DNA of 64,000 bases, from positions 228,852 through 292,851 of the forward strand of contig NW_003314386.1 of assembly GCF_000143415.4 (NCBI RefSeq). The letters run 5' to 3'. Positions 1-13,009 of the stretch are shown piece after piece (the first letter of the stretch is position 1; every line of letters starts with the position of its first letter). This DNA comes from Selaginella moellendorffii. Taxonomy: Eukaryota > Plantae > Lycopodiophyta. The notes beneath the pieces were generated by a model. The model was not told the origin of the DNA. It saw only the letters and a list, made by a program, of their open reading frames with translations, and ran no database searches. Made by a program: the position numbers and the translations under genes.

Positions 1-3000
1 CACCAGCAAGCACACCAACTCCGGAAGTGCCACAAAACCAAGCGGAGGCTCCTGCTGCTCCTTCTCCGGCCTCTTCGAATTCTCCTGCTCCGTCTCCTTC
101 TCCTGCTCCTTCTCCAGCTCCTGCTCCTCCATCTCCTTCTCCAGTTTCTTCTCCAGTTCCGCAACAGGTCACTCAGCAGGTTACTGGTATTGCTGCTGCT
201 GCTGCGACAAACCAGCCCGGTATGATCAATACTCTGTCTTGACAAGCAAATTTACTTCAATTTTCTCTAGGGGGCACTCCTGAAATGAAGGCTGAGGAAG
301 CACCAAAAGTTCGAGTCGTGGAAGTCGACGTTCCTGTGGAGATTACGAACGCGTTCCAAATCAGCATGCTTTGCATCGAGGAAGAGTTTGAAAATCAGGG
401 CATTGACTTCGTTATGTCGGCTTTCGAGGTCAGTGTAAATGTCATTTCTTTTTGCGGTGTCTGACTGTATGATACGTTGTGATTGAAGCTAGAGACTAGA
501 GATTACTGTTTGGTGGGCTTTCCATACACCAGTCGGATACATCCGTTGCTCCGACTGTTTGCGAGAGTACCCTGCAGATCTTCAAGGAAAATTGAAAACG
601 TCAAGCTGCCGGAAACTCGTGTGATGACGGATCATCCCCCAGACCTGTCAATCGCTCATTTATGCCTATATCTTCTTCACCGTGATTCTTTGGCTCCTGT
701 AAGTAACTTTTGGTGACAAGAAGCCAGTTCTGAGTACGTGAGTTTTACAGAACTTCTTACTGAAATGATCAGGGATTTGAAGTCCGACATACTATGTCCC
801 GCGATGCTGATGCTCTTGCGGAGTTCTTGGCAGATTTTAAGGACTGCAAGAGCATTGTCGACTTGGTCGAGCATCCACGAAAAGGATGTAAGTACTAGAG
901 TTTTTTTTTACTGATGTCGTGTAACTTTTCGTACTCCAACCAGGCCATACCATAGTCGCTGTGCTGTCTGCTCAAATTGTTGGCTTGGCAATGATTGAGG
1001 AGACCGTTCCTGTGGAAGCTCTGACAACGCAGTTTTGCGTCAAGTCCTTCATCAATCTGGAACATCACCCTCCAGCAAACCAAGCGTGCGTTACTCTTTT
1101 GGCACTGAGTCCAATTTTTCGTCATCGCAGAAAACTATTCCTGAGAGAGATCATGCGCCAGACAGAGAAAACGCTGCTCTACTGCCCCATTTTTCCAGAC
1201 CAGGATCTTCCCGACGTTATTGAAGACATGCTGCTAATTCCCGCAAGACAACACGTTTATATGAGCCCCTCTCAGAAGTGGGGCAGACATCCCGAGACTA
1301 TTGGACCGTCCAAAAGAGCCTTACGGCGAGGGTCAGTTGCAAACTTCTCACCAAGGGGACTATTTTCCGGATTCGACTGTGCGCTTTACTTCACCACTCA
1401 CAGGCTTACAAGCAGGCACAGGATTCCTGTCAACTCGAAAATTTTAGTTGCCGGTGCGTCGCGCACCGCGGAGGCTTTTCTTCACAAGCTCATTGCGAAT
1501 CCTCTGATGCAGTTTACAAACGTCACGTTGGTATCTCCGTGCGGTTTTATGGGATTCTCGTCGTCAGCAGCTTCCATTCTCGACGTAGAATCAGGCCCGG
1601 CACGGTGCTTCAGTAAGCTCGGGATTGATTGCCAGGTCGGACTAAAGTCGTCTCTCGTGACTGACTTCGACAGGGAAGCGCAGACGATAACACTCAAGAA
1701 CGGGGAAGTTCTATCGTATGATCTCTTCATTATGACAACCGGGATGCAAGACCAGACGGGGTGCAAGCTTGGGATCAGTGCAGTGAAGGAAGTTATCCGG
1801 GCGGATGAGTTCCTTGCGAGGCTGGACGTCATTACAGGGTCACTTGAGAAGCTTAAAGTCCCCCGCGAAGTCCTTGTCGACGGTGAAGGTCACGCAGTGG
1901 TTTACGGCTCCACTTTAGAAGCTTTCTACGTTATCCAGCTCTTGCTTTCCAGAGGACTGAGGGGATCGAACATCGTACTGTGCCACGCTGAGAAGAAGTT
2001 GACGAACAAGTACGTCCACGGGGATGCAAACATTTTGAGTTGTTTGCTGGAGGAGCTGGCTTGGTGTCAAGTAGCTGTCAAGTCGGGTTTGAAGCTTGTT
2101 GGAGTCACTACGAACGGGTCCGGAAGTTTGAAGGCAGCGAAGTTTGAAGCTCAGGGTGAAGAAGAGGACGAGAAAATCCACCACGAGCTCCCGTGTTGTC
2201 TCTTGGTGACCTGCGAGCGGAAGCAAGTCGACGTCCCTCTTTTCAACGTGATGAGAAGGGTGAGTATTTTGCTTTGTGGTTGCAACCTCAAGTGAAAGTT
2301 TTTTTTTTCTTTTCAGGAGAACATCATATTTGATGGACGTGTGATTGTGGACGGAAAGTTTCAAACGAATGACCCACTCATTTATGCTGCTGGGACTGCT
2401 TGCAAGTTTAGCCGAAACTGTGGAAAGCTGCCGAAGCTTGAGACTTTCTGTTCCCAAGAGGTTGGCGAAGCTTTGGCAGCATCACTGATCTCCCGGTTCA
2501 ACGGTCATCTCCCAGATGTAGGCAAGCTATGGCTGAGCTATCTACCGTGGTTTCCTGAGAAAACGAAGGATTGCGGTGGCGGGAAGAAGTGGCCTGCGCC
2601 AGTTACGCCACTCTTGGGCCGACCGAAATGCACTGGTGGTATTCTCCCTGGCGGCGTTCAGCTTTTCAGCATTGTGCTTCCCAGTTGTCACTCCACGAAC
2701 TGGGACGACTTGCGGATCTACTCCATGCTAACCAAGTTCAGCAACTTCTACGCGAGAGTGGACATCGCAGAGAACAAGCAGCTCGCCAGGATCCTCTACG
2801 CCGGGAAGGTGAAGGCAGACGCTTGGAAATTCAGCCAAGTCGTCGGGCTTCCAGTGTCTCTTCTCAACAGTCTTCCGAGAAGGTAGCTCATGAGTTCTTT
2901 GTGCTTTTGGTCGTACTGACTATTATGTTTCGAAACAGATATAGCGACGGAAGCTTGAATGACATCATGAACTTCCTCTTGCAACCGTGGTCATCAGTGC

Positions 3001-3689
3001 TCTTCCACGACGATTTCCTCCCCTTCTACACAAACTTGACGCAGAACGTTGTTGACACAAGCAAGAGCCACCCGAAAGGAGGGCCTGACGTCTCCTCGTT
3101 TGAGAGCTGCGACAAGATCGACCCGGAGCTGGCGGAAGCAATCTCCAGGCTGGTGAGAAAGGAACTCCTCAAGTTCATCGAGAAGCATCGGCTGGAGCTG
3201 CCGATGTACACTCTCCCGCGGAAGAAGGTGGACCTGCGGCTGCTGCTTCCCCGAGTTATTTCCTCGGACGACGTAGAGGTGGTGGAGAAGAAGAAGCAGA
3301 CGGCCGCGGCGGTGGCAGCAGCTGCATCGGCAGCACTCGTCACTGCCTCAGACCTCATCAACACCGCATTCGAGCAGCTGATCCAGAAGGCCGAGACCGA
3401 GGAGCGGGACAAGAAGACGATCAAAGAGATTGTTGGTCAGCTGGTGCAAGGGATGGAGGAGCTCAAACCGGTGCTGCTCACGCTCAGGGGAGAGGGATAC
3501 ATTGGGCCGACTGTGGATCATCTTATCAAGGAGATCGATAAGAAGGTACTGTCCATTTCCGTGTGGGACGAGAGCTTGGATCTGGAAGGCAGGGAAGACG
3601 AAGAACAGATCAAACGAGCCATTCAAGGGATGATTGGGCTGTTAGAGCAGTCATCTCCCGTCATGCTGGCTCTAGATCGAGTAGACTGA
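1..3689 (+). CDS. CFAP61: Cilia- and flagella-associated protein 61 homologue, multi-exon, 5' part outside window
   Basis: Spliced ORF blocks with GT..AG introns (e.g. 220-270, 430-490, 2883-2938). Contains CFAP61-type segments: ALYFTTHRLT..KILVAGASRTAEAFLHKL (Rossmann-like), VLSYDLFIMTTG, IVDGKFQTNDPLIYAAG, FLLQPWSSVLFHDDF and C-terminal LPMY. Confidence 0.8.
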
Positions 3690-3938
3690 CATGCATTGTG
3701 TTTATATAATTACAAGATATTTTGTCACTATATTTATATTGTATAACTGTTAGATACATATTTTTTTAAAAAATATTATATAATTGTAAGAGTTTGTAAT
3801 ATATCACCTTAAACATAACTTATAAGTAACTATAAAACTACCTCCTTTAAATTAATTTTTTCTTGTATGAATACACAATTGAGTTAAATGTGTGGTATTT
3901 TTGGTTTTTAATTTTCGAGTATACAATAGGGTTCAAGA

Positions 3939-5042
3939 ATGATGCTTAGGCGCACGACCATCACGGAGCGAGGTAGCATGTTCTTCGGCTGCTTGCCTGC
4001 TCTCTTCACAAGGAAGAAGAAGAACACCACTGAAATCGAGGATTTAGAGACACTGGTGATCGTCAACAACAAGCTGTGTTCAGGGTTGAAGACCCTCTTG
4101 TCCGATGTCACACTTCATGACCAGCCAAGCAAGAAGGAAGAAGCAGAGGTGACGCTTCCAGGGAGTGGAAGGGATCCCTGGCACCATGATCAGCCAAGCA
4201 CCCACCATGATCAGCCAAGCATGAAGGAAGGGGCTGCAACTATGATGGCAGGAGAAGTCCAGTATGATCATGATCGCCCAAGCAACAAGGATGAAGTTGT
4301 ACGAGAAATCGTGGTGCCAATCCAGCAGCAGAATCTTCCAGTGGCAGGAGAAGTGGAGAAGAACACGACCAAGAGATCCTGCTTCCGGCAACCATGTCCA
4401 GTCCCGATTGGTGCAAAGAAGAAGGTAAGGTTTACAGAAAGCACCAAGGAGGGATGTAAAATTTTTTTAGATCCACTGCCGTTAGAGTTGCAAGTCCGGC
4501 TAGCGCAGCTGGAAGTGGACTTGGAGATCGATCTCCTCTCTGATCTCTACATGCTTTACGAGGCAGTGTTTGAGAAGAACTGGCGGGGAGCGGCCATGTC
4601 CAGCGAGAAGAAGCAGGCAGCAGAGGTGTGCAACGAGAAGAAGCGGGCACCACACGAATTGGGAGCTCAAATCTCGGCAGAGCTACTGGAAAGGCGCAGA
4701 AATCTGCTCAGCTGGAAGAAGCTTCTCCTCCACTCTCTCGACCCCGAGAATTTCCCGGACAACAACAGCGGAGTGAGTCCTCGCCGCTTCCGCCTCCGCC
4801 GCTGCTCAGATGATCCCGAGCTTGAAATTGGTGTGACAAAGTTGGAGCTGTGGCTGGAGTTGCGGGCACTCTACCACATCACCCGCTACCGGGACGAGTT
4901 TAAGATTCAAAAGAGCCAAGGAGATCAGACGCTAGACTCCACTCACTCCGTCGTCCGGATCTTGAACGCAAGCTATTTCAATCACAAGAGCAACTACGAG
5001 AAAAAGGTGAAGCTAATCGCGGATCTGGAGCACAAGTCATGA
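3939..5042 (+). CDS. Hypothetical 367-aa protein, no recognised domain
   Basis: Long uninterrupted ORF with coding-like GC between AT-rich flanks; internal HDQPS/HDRPS repeats. Confidence 0.5.
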   Translation: MMLRRTTITERGSMFFGCLPALFTRKKKNTTEIEDLETLVIVNNKLCSGLKTLLSDVTLHDQPSKKEEAEVTLPGSGRDPWHHDQPSTHHDQPSMKEGAATMMAGEVQYDHDRPSNKDEVVREIVVPIQQQNLPVAGEVEKNTTKRSCFRQPCPVPIGAKKKVRFTESTKEGCKIFLDPLPLELQVRLAQLEVDLEIDLLSDLYMLYEAVFEKNWRGAAMSSEKKQAAEVCNEKKRAPHELGAQISAELLERRRNLLSWKKLLLHSLDPENFPDNNSGVSPRRFRLRRCSDDPELEIGVTKLELWLELRALYHITRYRDEFKIQKSQGDQTLDSTHSVVRILNASYFNHKSNYEKKVKLIADLEHKS

Positions 5043-6989
5043 GCAAGAGTGTGCTTCCCACCTGTCCAGGTTTGTGAAAGCTTTCTCCTTCATACTTACA
5101 CTTTTCTTTACAGTTAGCTAGCTGCAAAACCAACCGAAGAAACACACATCATATAACAGATAGCAGATGTAGTGAAGAGACACAAAACAAAGACAGGATT
5201 TCTTTTGAAGAGGAGCAACTTGACAAGACAAGGAAGAGAGGTTGAAGGCAATTTTACAAGAATGCCGGGTGAGCATGAACAAAAACAAAACAATGCTGGA
5301 GAAACACATGACAGATATGGTCGAGATCAAACTTAGATCAAGCTTAATGAGGGAACACTGGACAAGCGCAAAGAAGAAACGAACTGAGTAGGAAACAACA
5401 TGGACAAAGGCTAGATATCGATGTAAATGAGGAGAAAAGACACCGTGAGTTGTAAATTGAGGGAAAAGCTGCAGACATGTATGAGCACGATCAAGCAAAA
5501 AAAAAAGCTGAGTGGCAAAAACAAAATGAGATATGGAGGGACAATGACACAAGCTTGCGGACATTTATGAGCATGAAGAAGGAAAGAACTGAGCGGCAAA
5601 AGAGCCAGGAAAGGAAAAAAAATGGACGAAGGCAAGTGTAGATATGGAAACATGTAGAATGGTACATTCAAACTTTCTTTTGTCACCACGGGATTAGTAC
5701 AGACGAATATTCACCCGTTCTGCTGTAAGTAGTAGTTCCTGTTTTGATTGCATGGAACAAGCTCTCACCTATCGCTGAAAGGACTCGCTGGAACTCAAAG
5801 TCTATGAACGCGTTAGAAGTCAGAAACACGAACCCTCGTTGTCTCAATGTCAATCCCCGGGACAGGAGAAACATTCCAAAGCCGACACCTCGCTTCTCGA
5901 TCCTGGAAGAAGCAGTCCAGAAGAAAAGTGATGAGACAAGAGAGCAAGAAAATCGAAGAGAGCTAGAGAACTTACGAGGGAGCGAGCTTGCCCAGGCACT
6001 TGATCTCATTCCCGGTACCACCGCACCATCGATGTCGATTGTGTAGCCGCGCTTGGATAACCTGGAGATCCTGCTGGTGTAACTCTCGGCCACTGATTAC
6101 CACTCCGGTTTTGCCACCCGGGTGCTTGAACTCCTCAATGCATGGCTGCAAAAAGCAAAAAGAACCTGGTCAAGAAACGATAGCAGGATCATATAAATGG
6201 TGATCTTACAGGAATTATCCCGATGCACAGCCCTCCCATCACTCCCCAGAACCCAGCACGGTAGTCATGAACAGAAAAAAGAAAGAAAAAACGATAGCAA
6301 AAGTGAGCTTACCATTAGTTTCCTGGATGATTCGGCTTGGCTAGTTAGTTCCTCACGAGCTCGTCCAGTATGGTTGCGCCGTTGATTGTCACAGCCGAGT
6401 AGTGCTGCTGCTGGAAATGGAGCTTGCAGATGTCCTGGATGCAGCGCCTTAATTCCGCCACCCCCCGACTCGTGCTCTTGTTGTCCACCACCTTGAAGAA
6501 CTGCGATGGCGACTCGTAGCTGAAGAGCTCGTGGAGACACGGCGCCAGCGGCACGGTGGGGCTGGAATGGCTCGAGGGAGTGGAGGCGGAGGAGCCGTGA
6601 TGGAACTCGGGAGCCTTTGCTGTTGCTGGTGATGTTGTCCGTGATGCGCTTTTGGAGATGGAAATGAGCTGCGTGATACGAAGCTGGAGGAACTGGCGAG
6701 GTCGAGGAGTTCATCATCATCGCCACCATGTCCACCTTCCTGTTGTGATCGATCCCGGACGCGTTCTTCATCGTCGACCCGCCGCTGCAACGATACGGGA
6801 ACAATGCCAAGCTGCTGCTTCCTCTCGCGCTCGACGTCGGCAAGCGCGAACTTGGAGTTTTCCACTCCAGGAGCTCGCCAAAGCTTATCACGTAATCCCC
6901 GACTCGTTTAATCGTGCCCGAGTTGCTACAAGTGATGAGCACGGCCATCAGAGTTACCTCGTCGGGAACCTCCACTGTGGTAAAGCCCC

Positions 6990-8070
6990 AATCCACTGTA
7001 GGAAAAGGCCGCCACCATGGTCGACCAAGTTACCGTGTTCGTCTAGCCTACCATGGTAAGCGTAAATTTGGACCATGGATGACCAGGTAACCACGTCGTG
7101 CTGGGCTGCCTTGTCGAAGGTTTGCTTGGGCCTTGTGCAGGCATTCATTCTGAGTGTAAGCCATGAGCCAATTCCACGCTCCGATTCGACGAGCTTTCCA
7201 TTCAGGTCGGTGTAAGTCACGGCGCTTCTCCCCGGCATTCTTTCAAAGAGATGGTTCGCGGTGTCAAAATGCCCATTTGAGGATTCCTTTTGCGAGTACG
7301 CGCCTATAAGTGTGCTCGGATCTTCGGTGTAAAAGCTCTCTAACATGTGCTTCGCGTCTTCCAGATACCCATTGCGGGCATATTCTGAGACTAAACTACC
7401 CCAAGAATAAGATTACATACAAGCCATTCTAGAAAAGAGATCTACAGCTTGTGATAAGAAACCGTTACTACCAAAACCAACAAGCATTATATTGCAAGAG
7501 ATTAGATTTATCGAAGGCACTGAAGCAAACATCACTACAGCAAGCTCCATATGCCCATTCTGGGCATATCCAGCTATCCAAAAGGTCCAAGTCAGATCGT
7601 TTCTATCGGGGGAGTGATCGAAGGCAGTGTGTTGCTGGCCGATCTGCGAGACAGCATTCCACGAGACAGCGCTCTTCTCGGGGATGAAATGGAACGCTCG
7701 CATCGCGTGGTCGAGGGATCCCACCTGGGCGAATACGGAAACGATAGTAGTGAAGGAGAAGATGCTCGAGCACGGCATTCTTTTGAAAATCTCCCGCTGG
7801 GCGAAGGCCTGGAGGATCGAATTCCACAAGACAATGTCCGTGTCTGGTATCCCGCGGAAGAAGAAGGCCGCGCAGGCCTCGAATTGCGTGATGAAGACAT
7901 TGGCCTCGGCATCGCCCAAGCTCCCGCATTTGCCATACATGTAAGCGATCATGTTGGAGAGGTATCGATTCGGCCAGTAGCTGGCCTCCAGGATCCGCTC
8001 GTGGATCCTCCTGGGGTGAGTCAATCTAGATCCATGTTCATACAAGCCCCTGGATGCCGTCCACGTGGAC
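6990..8070 (-). pseudogene. Degenerate PLS-class PPR gene
   Basis: NRYLSNMIAYMYGKCGSLGDA, IVLWNSILQAFAQ, AGYAQNGHMELA and DVVTWSSMVQIYAYHG lie in broken frames with deletions and stops. Confidence 0.85.
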
Positions 8071-9429
8071 AGTGCGATGGATTCCAAAGATTCGCATCTT
8101 TCTTTATTCTTCATGCTCTGTGGTTATAGCATGCACTACCTAGAAATTGCTTAGCAAACACTGGGCTGTTGATTACAAGTTGCCCAAACTCCTTGAGTAA
8201 AAATGGAAAAGCACAACTTGATAATCAATCTCTACTACAAAAATCTTAGTAATGCAATATGTCTTGCAATCTATGTACTCAGCTTCCTTGAGGAAGACTA
8301 TACACATATTAACTTCTATCTTTCTTGATACCTCTGCTGAATACTCTCAAAGAATATCATTAGACCTAGCAAAAAAGAAATGAAAAACAAATGGACCAAG
8401 CTAATAAATGGAATGATAAGCTTGCCCATGCCATGTGTGACTAGAGTGCATCCAACAGATCCATTGCCCAGGCATTCAATGGACCATCACCAAGTAAAAC
8501 CACCATAAACTCTTGTCAGATTAGTGGACTTGAAAAACACTGCAAGCTGCCAGTGAACTAAGGATTAGACCAACACTTGAATTTGATCTACAAGTAAACA
8601 AACGTTGGAGACTCAACACTCACTGAATCTAAGAAGGCTGCAGAGCAGGAGAATGCATCAGCCACTAGCCACTATAAGGAAGAAATTGTTGCAATCTAGA
8701 ACAAAAAGTAAAAATTAAAAGACACAATAAAAAGATATAAACTAACATGGATTGAGAGTTTATGCATAGCATACATGGCTTTTAAATATTATTTTATGAG
8801 TGTTTAAACAATTCAAAACACAGGTGTGTCTTGAATTTTCTGACACCTCCGCAAAACCATATTTTTTACCATATATAAGTCTCTATTCTAATACTTAAAA
8901 TATTAAAGTGCCTTATATATATATAGTAAAAAACTTCCTATTTTTATACTCAAAGATATTAGAATTATGATGTATTATATTTGTGTTTTGTTTTTAAATA
9001 TGGAGGGAAACATAAAGTTTACAACTGATTAGATGCTCAGTAAGTCAATTAACTCTATTGAGTTGAGACTAAGGGTCTATACTATGGATGGATTAACACA
9101 AAAAATCCTAATGACTCTATATTATCTTAATATTATAAGAAGCTTATTACTATGATTAAAAAAATTGTGATAAATATTTTATTAATGTCATGCTGAGAAA
9201 TAACCTAAATAAATTTAATAATTTCATATTTATTTAATGTATGTTTTATCATATATCTAAATTGTCAATTTCTGAACTTTAGAGTTTATAGAGAAATGTA
9301 TTTTAATTTTCTTTACTATTATTTTGGCTGTTTTCTTATTGATAAAGATAAGTAATAGTCGAATATATAAATTTCTATACATTTTCTTGTTTATGTATAT
9401 ATATATGTGTTTTATTTTGGATATTTTTA

Positions 9430-10353
9430 ATGGATTTTAAACTTTATACTTTATTTATTTTCTTTGTAATTTACACCACTACATTTGTATTTAGTCAAGT
9501 TAATTACCCTTTGGGTATTGGACCTATTAAGTTTCAAAATTATGATGGAATAAATCAATTTCCAAATTCTATTGCATACACCTTGCTAAAATCAGCTATT
9601 GCTGACTTGATTCATGAGTTTGGTAAGAAAATGGCAATTCTTGGACCAGATGTAAGTCTTAACTATAATATTAACCTTGGTGGTAAAGTAATCAATATAT
9701 CTTCTTATAAAATTATTGTCCGAATGTGGATTGGTAAATGTACTATTGATGATAACCGTGGCTTAAAGCAAGTATTTATAATAAGAGCTTTAGGTGACAT
9801 CAGTTCAAAACTTTTAAATGAAGTCTTAAAAAATGGATGGAAAAGTTTGGAAGCATATGTTGGGCCTATATATATAGAATATAAAACAATTGATTTAAAT
9901 AGACATGATGAACTTTCACAATCCAAGTTACCCTTTAATTTTGAAGGTAATCATGGCGTATGTAACACTTTTAGAAGCTCATTAGTTAATGGTCCAAAAG
10001 TTAAAGGTTCTACATTAGCACCTGGAGAATTTTTATCCGCCAAAGAATTTACTGCTATTATGCAATTTGATTGCAACTTTGTTTTATATAATAAAAGAAA
10101 AATAAATTGGGCTAGCAACACTATAAACAAAGGTAAAAGTTGCTATCTACATTTTCAACTAGATGGCAATTTAGTAATCAAAGACATCAGTAATACTCCA
10201 ATCTGGGCACTCAATCTCTACTGCCAGCCACAACCTCATTGCATAGTTAACGCAAAGCTCATTCTTGAAGGATATGGTAATCTGGTACTCTATGGTTATC
10301 AATTGAGCAATGGCGCATCTTATGTGGCATGGGATGCTATTACTAATGGCTGA
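9430..10353 (+). CDS. Secreted protein: signal peptide + unknown ~130-aa domain + bulb-type (GNA/B-lectin) mannose-binding domain, copy 1
   Basis: Hydrophobic N-terminus; C-terminal QFDCNFVLY, WASNT, QLDGNLVIK, PIWA and EGYGNLVLY match the three B-lectin subdomains (QxDxNxVxY). Single intact exon. Confidence 0.85.
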   Translation: MDFKLYTLFIFFVIYTTTFVFSQVNYPLGIGPIKFQNYDGINQFPNSIAYTLLKSAIADLIHEFGKKMAILGPDVSLNYNINLGGKVINISSYKIIVRMWIGKCTIDDNRGLKQVFIIRALGDISSKLLNEVLKNGWKSLEAYVGPIYIEYKTIDLNRHDELSQSKLPFNFEGNHGVCNTFRSSLVNGPKVKGSTLAPGEFLSAKEFTAIMQFDCNFVLYNKRKINWASNTINKGKSCYLHFQLDGNLVIKDISNTPIWALNLYCQPQPHCIVNAKLILEGYGNLVLYGYQLSNGASYVAWDAITNG

Positions 10354-10732
10354 AATCCTTTCAGAAATGTTAACTAACTAATTATATTTTATCTAAGCCG
10401 GGTAACTGTTTCACTGGAGCCATGGCTTCTTTCTTTTCTTTATCTTCTAGAGATTAGATCATTCACTGATCCTTGTGTTTTTTTGTGCCTCTCTACGCTC
10501 GCCGCTCCATCCATCGATTCTTCGCAATCTATGTTTTCATTCCACCGAAACGTCGCTCGATGCCCTGTCCCCAACGATACAAAAGGTCCAAATACAGGGA
10601 AGAAATGGAGGAGCTCGTGATGCGGCATCGACTACGCTCATGCCAAGACAATGGATCTCCAGAGCGGAGAGAATGCAGGTGAGAGGGGTGAAGGGGAACA
10701 GGATAGAGCTGAGGGTGGCTTCGGAAGTGGTG

Positions 10733-12648
10733 ATGTCCACCGTCGAGGTCCGTGATCGCTTGCTAGCTGGGAAAGAGCGATGGGGGCCAAATTCTAAGCG
10801 GTGCGAGGAAAATCGCCGAAGTGAAGGGAATCGTCGACGATGATGACGAAGATACGCTCTTGCTTCTCAAGGAACTGTTATCAAGGATTTATTCCGAGGT
10901 ATGTCTCCTTTCATCCTTTCAGGTTTATTTTTTCATCTTTTTTCCCTGGTGGATTCTCTACTTGCAGGCTTATGTTCTAAAGTTGTCTCCGTGATCTTTA
11001 CTGAAAGAATATTGGCTGTGAACTTTGTGACAATTGCAGGAACTCAACATTAACTTTGTGGCAATACTGGAGATAATGGAGGTAGCTTTCTTGAATCTAG
11101 GTTCGAGTTGTCACTTAATTCTCTTGAAAGGTACTTGGCCTGCTCGATGGCTTCCTTGGACGTTTCACAGATAATTTGTGTAAACTGTTGGTTCTCTTAG
11201 TCTACTCTGCTACTGTCGTGAGAGTGGAGCAAGACAGTGACCGTGCAGTACTAATGATCACTAGAGACGAGTAAGTTTCTCCTTTTTGTGTGTGTGATGG
11301 TGTGTTAGTCTGTGATTTTTGTGAATTCCATTGAAACCAGGAAAATCAGTCATCAAAAAGCACTGGACTTGGTAAAGTTTACCAACGAGCATCTTGTACA
11401 CCACTAGAAAGTATGGATGCTAGTAGGTGGACTACTTAGCAACTTCACAGCCGATGTCGAGATTCATATTTCTGGCTAAAGCTCGAGACATTATCATAAG
11501 TTTTGATTATCGTTTGTTTCTGGTAAGTTCATTCACTGTTATATCCTACCTTCCAAAACAGTTTCTACCCATTGTACAGGAGACATTGAAGGTATACTTT
11601 TATTTTCTCTCCTTGAATTAGTGCTGTGTTATAGGATGCTTGCTCATCGATACCAAGACTAGCTTTGGAGCTTTATAAAGTCGCCCGAGACGTTGTGCTG
11701 CTCTACCGAGCAGCAGCACCAGTATTTACAATGACTGCCTCTACATTGCACATGAGTTGACGACTTACTCCCAGCAGGTTTGTGGGCACTGCATGTCGAT
11801 CTGCAACAGTCATGCACTTCGATGGACCTCGTTAAGCCATGGGATACAATATGCTTTCGACACATGCTAAGATGATAAACAATCAGCTCCTGCAGGTTCG
11901 TTTGTAAAAGAAAAAAAAAGAAAGAATGCTATTCAGCTTTCACGGCCTCTTCTCTCATCCGTAGATTTGAATGTCTAGAACCTACAAACAAGTCATATCT
12001 GAAAGGCGCAGTCTGCACTGCAACAGGTACAGTTTCTGTCAAAGATAGACTTTGCTGGAACTTCCTTTCGCAGGTTGTATCAATCTTTAGATCTACGCAC
12101 AACGTCTGGCAAGAATTTCTACCCAGCAGTTTTCAAGTGAAGCAGTTGACAATGCTGGCTGATTCAATTATTAGCAGAATTGTTTATGAAGTTCTGTCTA
12201 TCAAAGACATGGCTGCCGAAGAAACTGTTCAGGTAAACAAAGTCTGGGTGGTGTAATCAGTTTTACAATCACTTCATGCAGTTGCACAACTTACTGGACG
12301 AGCTGATACTGGACTTGGGGTTGGTGCTGGCTTCTGTCGAGAAACATAGCAGGAAATCACTCGACATCCTTGTACCGTCGTGGAGAAAACTAAAACGCTC
12401 ATCTGGTAACGCCAGTGTTTCTCGTCTTGGCTGACATGGAAAAACTTGTTCCAGAGTTATTGGTGTTCTTGAGGCCCATCACGAAAGCATGGGAGAGTGG
12501 AATTCTCCCGTAGGATTCTCGCCAGCCGAGGTGGGTGTAGAATGGAATTTTCCTAAAGCGATATTTGCTTTTTCGGTCAGGTCCAGAGCTTGATCAAGGA
12601 TTCACGGACACGTCGTTGAGAGCGGAGTGCCTTGAAGGAATAGTTTGA
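10733..12648 (+). pseudogene. ZW10: ZW10 (kinetochore/NRZ tethering subunit) homologue, shortened and disrupted
   Basis: N-terminal VEVRDRLLAG and spliced C-terminal ISRIVYEVLSIKDMAAEETVQL..LDILVPSWRKLKR..ITKAWESG..FTDTSLRAECL resemble plant ZW10 ends. Only ~1.9 kb, with in-frame stops (e.g. TAG ~12511) and no long ORF. Confidence 0.75.
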
Positions 12649-13009
12649 TCAGCATGCTTCGGGGTCGTTGGTCTGGCGTTCCAGTGCGGGTCAAATTTCC
12701 TAACAGGTTTGTGAGTTTTTCTTTCAGCGAGAAGCAAATGTGGGTGTATGCTTACTACTGCTTTACACGCCTTGGATACATCCATAGGTACTCTTGGCGT
12801 TTAGGGAACTGGCAAATCTTTTTCTTTTGGCAACAAAGTGGCCTTAGTTTTTGGAGGGTCTTGCAGCACCCAAGTGAGGCACTCGATTCTTCGTCTTTTA
12901 AAAATGAAAGCTATCGAGCTCACCACTGGTTTATCTTGTCTTAGTGTAAAATCTAAAAAACTATATGGTACTTTTCATCCTCTGGGAAAAATGTTACCAG
13001 TTTTCTTAT

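Noticed and set aside
5100-6300. Purine-rich, coiled-coil-like short ORFs
   Set aside because: No recognisable motif or consistent frame.
6345-6880. Possible bHLH remnant (VAELRRCIQD..ATILDELV) on the minus strand
   Set aside because: Similarity too weak and frames broken; cannot be supported.
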